Assembly: GCA_003251635.1 (NCBI GenBank)
Contig: QKEW01000008.1
Span: 110,860 to 174,859 of the forward strand
Source: a bacterium
Lineage (GTDB): Bacteria; Patescibacteriota; Minisyncoccia; Moranbacterales; GWC2-37-73
Length of the DNA stretch: 64,000 nt
Direction: 5' to 3'
Under the pieces are notes generated by a model, which made no database searches, had not been told where the DNA came from, and worked only from the letters and a program-made list of their open reading frames with translations. This document shows positions 56,825 to 64,000 of this stretch, one piece after another. The translations under genes were made by a program, and so were the position numbers. Each line of letters opens with the position of its first letter. Position 1 is the first letter of the stretch.

Positions 56825-57262
56825 TTAGGCTAGAAAATAAATCAACAAGAAAGTTAGAAGCAGGCCGTAGATTCCACCGACAAAAACTTCGCTGATGCGA
56901 TGGCCCATTCTTTCTTTGAGTCGGGGAAATTTCTCTTCGATGTTTAGTTGACGTACTAGCATGTTAAGATAGCGTCCTTGGTCTCCCATGTAGACTCGCA
57001 GACGGGCAGCGTCATCAATTACGATAATAGCCAAAGCAACAGCTACTGCGAAAGCTCCTGAGGTCATTCCTTCGAAATAGCCCACGGAAGCAACCAGGGA
57101 AATTATGAAAGCGGTGTGCGCTGAAGGCATGTGACCATGGGTCATGGCATAGCGAATGTCCCAACCGTTTCGAACACTGTAAAAAATGTATTTGGTTAAC
57201 TGGGTCAAAAATCCAACCAGAATTGGAACCAGAAAAACAAGATAGGGTTTGAAAAAATCCAT
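56825..57262 (-). CDS. Divergent PAP2 (DUF212) family membrane protein
   Basis: THGHMPSAHTAFIISL motif typical of DUF212/acid phosphatase-vanadium haloperoxidase-related proteins. Confidence 0.6.
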   Translation of the reverse strand: MDFFKPYLVFLVPILVGFLTQLTKYIFYSVRNGWDIRYAMTHGHMPSAHTAFIISLVASVGYFEGMTSGAFAVAVALAIIVIDDAARLRVYMGDQGRYLNMLVRQLNIEEKFPRLKERMGHRISEVFVGGIYGLLLTFLLIYFLA

Positions 57263-57396
57263 AAGATATTTTTTATTTACACTTGAATTTTAGCATGTTT
57301 TTGGAAATATAAAAAGTTTTGAAATAAGTTCAAGGTTATATTATAATTGGTTTGGTTGTATAATTTATAGTAAGTTAATTAATTTATCAAAAAAAT

Positions 57397-57948
57397 ATGA
57401 ACATCGGATTAATTTTGGTCATTGTTTTGGTCTTGGTGGGCGTTTGGTTGGTGGCGGTTTATAACGGTTTGATTCGCCTGAAAAATCGAGTGGATGAGGC
57501 TTGGAGCGACATTGATGTGCAACTTAAGCGTCGCTATGATTTGATTCCGAATCTGGTCAATACGGTTAAGGGTTACGCTGCTCACGAAAGTCAGGTTTTT
57601 GAAAAGGTTACCGAGGCTCGTGCCAAGGCTTTAAGTGCTGGAACTGTTGGCGAAAAGCAACAAGCCGAGAACATGCTGACAGGAGCTTTGAAGTCAGTTT
57701 TTGCGGTGGCGGAAAATTATCCGGAATTGAAAGCCAATCAAAATTTCTTGGAATTACAAAGAGAACTTTCCGATACTGAAAACAAAATTCAAGCTGCGCG
57801 TAGATTCTATAATGGTAACGTGCGGGATTTCAATACCAAAATTCAAGTTTTTCCTAATAACTTGATTGCTGGAAGTTTGAATTTCAAGTCCCGAGAGTTT
57901 TTTGAGGCCGAGAGCGGGGAGAAAGAAAACGTGAAAGTTCAATTTTAA
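57397..57948 (+). CDS. lemA: LemA family protein
   Basis: N-terminal TM plus YNGLIRLKNRVDEAWSDIDVQLKRRYDLIPNLV LemA signature. Confidence 0.85.
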   Translation: MNIGLILVIVLVLVGVWLVAVYNGLIRLKNRVDEAWSDIDVQLKRRYDLIPNLVNTVKGYAAHESQVFEKVTEARAKALSAGTVGEKQQAENMLTGALKSVFAVAENYPELKANQNFLELQRELSDTENKIQAARRFYNGNVRDFNTKIQVFPNNLIAGSLNFKSREFFEAESGEKENVKVQF

Positions 57949-57968
57949 TTTTTAGTTAACTGGTTGAT

Positions 57969-58862
57969 ATGCCGACGATTTATAATCAAGCGGATAGAAA
58001 TACGACTTTGACGTGGATTTATATCAGCGGCTTTTTGGTGTTCGTGATTGGCGCGGGATTTGTTTTTTCCGAGGCCATGGGTAATCGAGCCATTCTTTTC
58101 GGGGCGGTCATTTTTTCAATTCTGATGAGCTTCGTGTCTTATTGGTGGAGCGACAAGATTGTCTTGGCTATGAGCGATGCCAAAGAGGTAACTCACGAAG
58201 ATGGGCGAGAAATTTATCATTTGGTGGAAAATCTTTGCATCACGGCCGGTTTGCCGGTTCCTAAGATCTATACTATTCAAGACAGCGCCATGAATGCTTT
58301 TGCCACCGGACGTAATCCGGAGCATGGAGTTATTTGTTTAACTAGCGGAATAATTAATCGATTGGAAAAAAGCGAATTGGAAGGCGTGATTGCTCATGAG
58401 CTTTCACATATTGGTAATCGAGACATCTTGCTTTCGACGGTCATTGTGGTTTTGGTTGGTTTTGTGACTCTGTTGGCGGACTGGTTTCGTCACTGGGCTT
58501 TTTGGGGCGGCAAAAGTGATGATCGAGATCGCGGACAACTACAAGTCATTTTGATGGTAGCAGCGATTGTGCTTTCAATTTTGGCGCCGATCGCGGCGGT
58601 TTTGATGCAGCTGGCGATTTCGCGAAAACGGGAATTTTTGGCGGATGCAGATGGGGCGCTTTTGACTCGCTATCCGGAAGGACTAGCTAGGGCTTTGGAA
58701 AAAATTTCAAATGACAGTGAAAAACTGGAAGTAGCCAATCGGGCCACGGCTCATCTTTTCATCGCCAATCCTTTTAAAGGTAAAAAAGTTTCATCACTGT
58801 TTTTAACTCACCCGCCGATTGAAGAGCGCATCGCGGCGCTGCGGGGAATTGAAAATAAGTAA
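57969..58862 (+). CDS. htpX: Zinc metalloprotease HtpX homolog (M48)
   Basis: HELSHIGNRD (HExxH), four TM helices, M48 topology. Confidence 0.85.
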   Translation: MPTIYNQADRNTTLTWIYISGFLVFVIGAGFVFSEAMGNRAILFGAVIFSILMSFVSYWWSDKIVLAMSDAKEVTHEDGREIYHLVENLCITAGLPVPKIYTIQDSAMNAFATGRNPEHGVICLTSGIINRLEKSELEGVIAHELSHIGNRDILLSTVIVVLVGFVTLLADWFRHWAFWGGKSDDRDRGQLQVILMVAAIVLSILAPIAAVLMQLAISRKREFLADADGALLTRYPEGLARALEKISNDSEKLEVANRATAHLFIANPFKGKKVSSLFLTHPPIEERIAALRGIENK

Positions 58863-58940
58863 TCTTCTTTTTTTAGAAAACGAAAAAACCGCCGGACGAT
58901 TTGCTGTCTCGGCGGTTTTTAATGTCACTTAGTTGACTAA

Positions 58941-59459
58941 TTATTCCATTAATTTCATTTTGAAATATTCCAGTTTCGCCCTTTTTTCATTTCCAAAAGC
59001 GATTGCATATAGCAGATTTTTATCTTTAGAGTCTGTCTCGAAATATTGAGACAGAGTTTTTTTTATATCGTCCAACTTTCTTGTGTAATAAAGGTGGAGC
59101 AATGACCCCCCATGTATTCCAAGCAGTAATACTATTACAGGTGTAAATTCTGCTTTAATTCCAAGGAAAGCAATGTTTATCGAGATTAGCATGAAAAACG
59201 CTAGCTCGATAATTATTGTTAGCCAGCCTGGCATCCAGCCGAACGGTCTGGACCTTTTTCGTGATTTTTTGAGATATTTTGGAACTTTTTGGCGAATTTC
59301 CAAAATATCTTTCCAGGTTCCTTCAATTGCTTTTATTCTTTGTTCAATTTCTTCTTCTGAATATAAAATTTCTCCTATCAATATATAGGGCTGCTTTCCA
59401 AATTCGACTTGGCATCTTTTAACAACCCCAGCTTTCAGTAGTTCTTGCAGTGTAGACAT
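58941..59459 (-). CDS. Hypothetical membrane protein
   Basis: ORF with two central TM helices. Confidence 0.4.
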   Translation of the reverse strand: MSTLQELLKAGVVKRCQVEFGKQPYILIGEILYSEEEIEQRIKAIEGTWKDILEIRQKVPKYLKKSRKRSRPFGWMPGWLTIIIELAFFMLISINIAFLGIKAEFTPVIVLLLGIHGGSLLHLYYTRKLDDIKKTLSQYFETDSKDKNLLYAIAFGNEKRAKLEYFKMKLME

Positions 59460-59582
59460 GGCACGACTCCTTTCTTGAAAACAAGCTTAAAAAGGTGATA
59501 CTATGGAATTATCCAAATGACTTTTGTTAATGAGCTGAGTTAATCATTTTGACTCATTTTTTTAAAAAACGCAAGTGGAATT

Positions 59583-60047
59583 TTGAATTATAAACTTATG
59601 TGGCCGGCGAAAAAAATCAAAAACGATGGGAAATATGAATGGACGGATCATTCGAAATTCAAGATGCAGTTTTATGGTCTCAGTCCCCAACGGGTGACGC
59701 GGGTGATCAAAAGTCCGCTGCGAGTGGAAAATGGAATTGTGGAAAACACAGTGGCCGTCATGCAGCCAGTCAGCACTAAAAGAGGCGAGGATGGTAAGAA
59801 GACTTGGTCGCAGGAGATTTGGGTAATGTATCAGGTAAAAACGCAAAACGCGAAACGCAAAACGCGAAACGTTATGAATCAAAAGCAAAATAAAAATGAC
59901 AAGCTAGTGGAGTTGCGACAGCAGATTAGTGGGAGTTTGAACAAGAAAATCGTTATTATTTCAGCCTGGCGCTATCCTGGCAAAACCGAAGAGGGCGAGG
60001 GTTTGCCGGCCGAAATTTTGCAGGAAATCGAAAGTGCGCTAAACTGA
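59583..60047 (+). CDS. Hypothetical protein containing an in-frame heptamer-repeat-encoded basic linker (KTQNAKRKTRN)
   Basis: ORF; internal tract AAAACGC AAAACGC GAAACGC AAAACGC GAAACGT at 59837-59872. Confidence 0.35.
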   Translation: MNYKLMWPAKKIKNDGKYEWTDHSKFKMQFYGLSPQRVTRVIKSPLRVENGIVENTVAVMQPVSTKRGEDGKKTWSQEIWVMYQVKTQNAKRKTRNVMNQKQNKNDKLVELRQQISGSLNKKIVIISAWRYPGKTEEGEGLPAEILQEIESALN

Positions 60048-60123
60048 AATCAATAGGGCGCAAGAAAGAAATTTCTTGCCAAAAGGTATTAACTAAACAG
60101 GCTAATTAAATTATTTTAAATTT

Positions 60124-60492
60124 ATGGAACAAGAAAACAAAGATCAACAAGTTGTTGAAAATGGTACCGTGGAGCAAAAAGCGCCAGAAACAGAAACTGT
60201 TTCAAAAGAGGCGGTTTCCGGTCAGGACAAGTTTTGGGCTTTTCTGAGTTATTTGGGAGTGTTGTTTTTGATCCCATTGCTCCTTAAGAGAGATTCAAAG
60301 TTTATTCAGCACCATGCTAAGCAGGGATTGGTAATGTTTATCGCAGAGTTCTTCTTCTGGATCCCACTTTTTGGCTGGATTTTGGCTCTGATTATTTTCA
60401 TCTTTTGGATTATGGCGATCATTCAGGTTGTTTCCGGTGAAATGAAACCGTTGCCGATCGTGGGTGATTTGGCTAAGAAATTAGACATCTAG
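60124..60492 (+). CDS. DUF4870-like small membrane protein
   Basis: FWAFLSYLGVLFLIPLLLKRDSKFIQHHAKQGLVMFI pattern; three TM helices. Confidence 0.5.
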   Translation: MEQENKDQQVVENGTVEQKAPETETVSKEAVSGQDKFWAFLSYLGVLFLIPLLLKRDSKFIQHHAKQGLVMFIAEFFFWIPLFGWILALIIFIFWIMAIIQVVSGEMKPLPIVGDLAKKLDI

Positions 60493-60571
60493 TTTTGCTT
60501 TCCATTGCAGGCGGCCTTCAAAGGTCGCCTGTTTTGCGTTATTATGGAGATATAAGTAATAAAAAAACTTT

Positions 60572-61996
60572 ATGGACAAAAAAACCAAAATTGTGGCGAC
60601 AATTGGATTGGCTAGTGAATCGGAAGAAATCTTGCGTCAGATGATTGAAAACGGGATGAATGTGGCGCGATTGAATTTTTCGCATGGAACACACGAATGG
60701 CATGGCAATGTGATTGGAATCATCCGAAAGTTGGCAGCTGAGATGGGAGTCAATGTCGGAATTTTGGCAGATTTGCAAGGGCCGCGCATTCGGACCTTAA
60801 CCGAGAAAGAATTTGAAATTGCCAAGGGAGAAATTGTTGAAGTGGGTGATGTTTCTGGATCTTCAGAAGCTAAATCAGAGAGCAAATTTTTTCAACTGGA
60901 TGTGTCCGGCATTGTTCAGGACATTGAAATTGGTCATGAAATTTTGGTGGAGGATGGCTTGATGAAATTGGCGGTTAGGGAAAAAAAGAACGGAATTTTG
61001 AGTTGCGAAGTTGTTGATGGCGGAATAATCAAAAATCACAAGGGAGTCAACATTCCGGATGCTCAGCTGAAAATCAGTCCGATCACGGAAAAAGATGAAA
61101 AAGATCTGGTCTTTTCTTTGGATCAAGATGTCGATTTTGTGGCCATGTCTTTTGTGAGCACATCTGAGGATATTGAAAATTTGCGATCAAAAATTAAAAA
61201 TCATTTGGGACGAGAAAATGATTTACCGCAAATTGTGGCCAAGATTGAAAGAAAAGAAGCGATCAAAAACTTAGATGAAGTTATCGAAGCAACTGACGCG
61301 GTGATGGTGGCGCGCGGCGATTTGGGCATTGAAATTGAAACATCCAAAGTGGCGGTCCTGCAAAAAGAAATTATTCACAAAAGTTTGGAACGAGTTAAGC
61401 CAGTGATTGTGGCCACTCAAATGCTCAACTCTATGATTGAAAATCCACGGCCAACCAGAGCGGAGGTTAGTGATGTTTCCAATGCGGTTATTGATCATGC
61501 CGACGCGGTGATGCTCAGTGGCGAATCAGCTAGTGGTAAATATCCAGTCGAGAGCGTTCGAATCATGGCGGATATTATCAGAAACACCGAAGTTTCGCCA
61601 TTTGATGATGTGATAGGCAAACTAAAAATCAAGGACGAGCAGAATTATAATGAAATCGTTTCGGGAGCTTATGAATTGGCCAAGTCTTCCGGAGTCAAAG
61701 CAATTTTACTTGGTAGCTATTCCGGATTTACTGCGCGGCTCATTTCACATTTTCGACCAGCTCAACCAATTTTGACAGTGACTAGTAATCCAAAAACCTT
61801 CAATCAACTGGCTTTGGTTTGGGGGGTTAGGGCGCGATTTTTTGAAAAAGGCGGCGTTTTTCGTGAGGATATTGATTGGTTGGTTGATCAGTCCAAGCAA
61901 GCAGGAGATTTGCAAATTGATGACAAAACAGTTTTGATTATGGGTCGAATGGAAAATGAAAAAATTCGTTTGATTGGTTTGAAGGAGATTGAGTAG
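60572..61996 (+). CDS. pyk: Pyruvate kinase
   Basis: KIVATIGLAS...ENGMNVARLNFSHG, MVARGDLGIEI motifs. Confidence 0.9.
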   Translation: MDKKTKIVATIGLASESEEILRQMIENGMNVARLNFSHGTHEWHGNVIGIIRKLAAEMGVNVGILADLQGPRIRTLTEKEFEIAKGEIVEVGDVSGSSEAKSESKFFQLDVSGIVQDIEIGHEILVEDGLMKLAVREKKNGILSCEVVDGGIIKNHKGVNIPDAQLKISPITEKDEKDLVFSLDQDVDFVAMSFVSTSEDIENLRSKIKNHLGRENDLPQIVAKIERKEAIKNLDEVIEATDAVMVARGDLGIEIETSKVAVLQKEIIHKSLERVKPVIVATQMLNSMIENPRPTRAEVSDVSNAVIDHADAVMLSGESASGKYPVESVRIMADIIRNTEVSPFDDVIGKLKIKDEQNYNEIVSGAYELAKSSGVKAILLGSYSGFTARLISHFRPAQPILTVTSNPKTFNQLALVWGVRARFFEKGGVFREDIDWLVDQSKQAGDLQIDDKTVLIMGRMENEKIRLIGLKEIE

Positions 61997-62166
61997 ACGT
62001 GGAACGTGGAACGCGGAGCCTGCTTCTGGCTTGCGGTTTTGGTTAAAATCGGGTAGGATAGCTTCTAGCTGTTAGTTGTTGGGCGTTCAGCTAATTAGTT
62101 TTTGTTATTTGTTTTGGGTTGTAAGTTTTTAGTCATTAGTCGTGGGTTGTTAGTTATAAGTTATTT

Positions 62167-62226
62167 GGAGAGGTCGCATATCATCGCGTAGCGAGACCCC
62201 GCTTCGCGGTGGGTGGTCGAGTGCAC
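62167..62226 (+). pseudogene. Partial duplicate of the tRNA-Ser 5' half (acceptor + D-arm) interrupted by a 32-nt insertion
   Basis: GGAGAGGTCGCATA [32 nt] GTGGTCGAGTGCAC reproduces the first about 30 nt of the intact tRNA 30 bp downstream. Confidence 0.4.
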
Positions 62227-62256
62227 ATGCTTGTTAACAATTTGTCAAAATTTTTT

Positions 62257-62346
62257 GGAGAGGTCGCATAGTGGTCGAGTGCACCGCCTTGGAAAGGCGG
62301 CATACTGTCAAAGGTATCGGGAGTTCGAATCTCCCCCTCTCCGCCA
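62257..62346 (+). tRNA. tRNA-Ser (anticodon GGA), 90 nt with long variable arm and encoded CCA
   Basis: GGAGAGG...CCTCTCC acceptor stem, D-arm GTCGCATAGTGGTCGAGTGCAC, anticodon stem-loop CCGCC-TTGGAAA-GGCGG, variable arm, T-arm GGGAGTTCGAATCTCCC, CCA. Confidence 0.85.
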
Positions 62347-62363
62347 AGGTATAAAAACTAAAT

Positions 62364-62768
62364 GTGTCACAAGACGCTGAAAACTTGAATCTTTTTGTTG
62401 CCGTCAATTATAATATGAGCATTTCTAAATGGCTTGAAAAATTTAAAAATTGTTGGCAAAGCCATGATGTTGATGGAATTTTGAGTTTGTTTTATGAAAG
62501 GGTGGCTTATTATGAAACACCTTTTTTAAAACTGGAAAAAAAGTCTCTGACTGAGGAATGGCAGAATATTGTTGATCAAAAAAACATAAATTTGAATCTT
62601 GAAATATTTTCTAGTTTTAAAGATAAACATTCAGTCATTTGGGAACTTTCATATTTTGACAAAGAAAATGTTAAACAGAAGATGGCCGGAATTTATCTGA
62701 TCGAGTTGGATGGGAATGGCAAGTGTATTTATTTTTATCAAGTTGGTGAGGTGCTAGCGGAGGCTTAA
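62364..62768 (+). CDS. Hypothetical protein (possibly NTF2/SnoaL-like fold)
   Basis: ORF only. Confidence 0.35.
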   Translation: MSQDAENLNLFVAVNYNMSISKWLEKFKNCWQSHDVDGILSLFYERVAYYETPFLKLEKKSLTEEWQNIVDQKNINLNLEIFSSFKDKHSVIWELSYFDKENVKQKMAGIYLIELDGNGKCIYFYQVGEVLAEA

Positions 62769-62845
62769 TCAGATAAATTTTTGCACTTTTTTCCAAACCG
62801 CCTATACTCTGGTATATTAGCGGTTTTTGATTGTAGTAAGGTCAT

Positions 62846-64000
62846 ATGAATTCAGCAGTGGATGACATCAAGTCCCGAATCAATATCGTAGATTTGGTCG
62901 GGGAATATGTGAAATTGCAAAAGGCAGGCGCCAACTGGAAAGCCTGTTGTCCTTTTCATAATGAAAAAAGCCCCTCGTTCATGGTTAATGAAGAAAAGCA
63001 GATTTTTCACTGTTTTGGTTGTGGCAAAGGCGGGGACATGTTCACTTTCTTGATGGAAATTGAGAGTTTAGAGTTTCGCGAAGCTTTGAAGATTTTGGCT
63101 GAAAAGTCTGGTGTGCAGTTGGAAAACTTCAATCCCGAAGCTCAAAAGGGCAAGAATCGAGTCCTGGAAGCTCTGGAGTGGGCCACTAAGTTTTGGGAAA
63201 AGCAGCTCTGGGAAGGATCCGGCAAGGATAAAATTTTGAAATATCTGAGCGAGCGGGGATTGACTTCGGACAGCATCCGCCAGTTTCGAATAGGTTACGC
63301 ACCGGAGGGTTGGAACAACTTGTTTAATTTTCTCTTGCAAAAAGGTTTTGCGGTTGAGGATATTTTGGGTGCCGGATTGATTATTGATAAGGAAATCGGC
63401 GCCAACCGTTATTATGACCGTTTTCGAGACCGGATCATGTTTCCAATTGAAGATGCGATGGGCAAGGTGATAGGTTTCAGCGCGCGAGTGGCCCCGGGCG
63501 GCGATGAGAGTCAGGCTAAATATATCAACACGCCAGAAACGACAGTTTATCACAAGAGCAAAGTTCTCTATGGAATATCAAAAGCCAAACAGGCTATCAA
63601 GGAGAAGGATTTTGTTTTGTTAGTGGAAGGCAATATGGATGTGATTGCGGCTCATCAAGCCGGGCTTAGAAATACGGTAGCGGCCTCAGGCACAGCTTTG
63701 ACTGTTGAACAATTGGCAATTTTGCGGCGTTACACCAATTCCAAAAACATCAAGATGCTTTTTGATATGGATAGTGCCGGTCAAAATGCGGCCAAAAAGA
63801 GTCTGGAACTTTATCTGTTGAACTTTTTTGGCAGTGGAATCATTCCGTCGGTAGTTTTTTTGGAAAACGGCAAGGATGCGGCCGATGCAGTCAAGGATGA
63901 TCCGGCGAGCTTGCTCCGGGCAGTGGAAAATTCTCAAAGCGCCCTGGACTACTTCTGGCGCCAGCTCTTGAAAAAATATGACCAGAAAAATCCTCAGCAG
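62846..64000 (+). CDS. dnaG: DNA primase DnaG (5' partial; continues beyond window)
   Basis: Zinc-binding domain CCPFHNEKSPSFMVNEEKQIFHCFGCGKGGD; TOPRIM motifs (LVEGNMDVIAAHQAG). Confidence 0.85.
   Translation, partial: MNSAVDDIKSRINIVDLVGEYVKLQKAGANWKACCPFHNEKSPSFMVNEEKQIFHCFGCGKGGDMFTFLMEIESLEFREALKILAEKSGVQLENFNPEAQKGKNRVLEALEWATKFWEKQLWEGSGKDKILKYLSERGLTSDSIRQFRIGYAPEGWNNLFNFLLQKGFAVEDILGAGLIIDKEIGANRYYDRFRDRIMFPIEDAMGKVIGFSARVAPGGDESQAKYINTPETTVYHKSKVLYGISKAKQAIKEKDFVLLVEGNMDVIAAHQAGLRNTVAASGTALTVEQLAILRRYTNSKNIKMLFDMDSAGQNAAKKSLELYLLNFFGSGIIPSVVFLENGKDAADAVKDDPASLLRAVENSQSALDYFWRQLLKKYDQKNPQQ

Noticed and set aside
62020-62160. GTT-rich low-complexity tract (ttagttgttgggcgtt...gttgttagttataagtt) considered as a microsatellite or RNA
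   Set aside because: No consistent period or pairing potential. It is probably AT/GT-rich spacer, though it abuts the heptamer tract and the tRNA fragment.

Overview
This 64-kb window looks like the chromosomal origin region of a small, low-GC bacterium. Gene content and style (many small membrane proteins, LTD/PKD proteins, DUF559, FemAB, solitary PilB ATPases, TrmB regulators) fit a Candidate Phyla Radiation / Patescibacteria-like organism; that placement is inference. The core backbone is clear on sequence. It runs rpmH-rnpA-yidC-jag on the minus strand, then an oriC with DnaA boxes, then dnaA-dnaN-DciA-like-rpsT. Beyond that lie holA, fpg, polA, a cyclophilin, tsaE, a DHH phosphoesterase, ruvB, yebC-ruvC, a class A PBP, ruvA, FemAB plus a Mur-ligase, LemA, HtpX, pyruvate kinase, tRNA-Ser(GGA) and the start of dnaG. 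Three regions stand out. First, a 5-kb cluster at 44067-49177 holds a 7TM membrane protein and four ATP-grasp peptide ligases, one fused to a retropepsin-like RimB-type domain. Together with PBP1A it sits between ruvC and ruvA, which are adjacent in many bacteria. This is my best candidate for the undescribed system. Second, a 6-kb accessory island at 36266-42195 is bounded and punctuated by a family of about 105-165-bp direct repeats. These repeats carry paired CCCCTCC/GGAGGGG hairpins, a Shine-Dalgarno (SD) region and a terminator hairpin. The island carries two TrmB regulators, an RNA polymerase alpha subunit C-terminal domain (alpha-CTD)-like HhH protein, zinc-ribbon and small membrane proteins, a DUF559 endonuclease and a GC-rich two-gene module of unknown function. 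Third, a 1006-aa protein is a tandem fusion of two complete PilB/GspE secretion ATPases. Smaller points: degenerate heptanucleotide tandem tracts at several gene 3' ends, a tandem array of paralogous small secreted proteins with an IR-flanked GC-rich element, a 26-bp perfect palindrome, and a partial duplicate of the tRNA-Ser 5' half.
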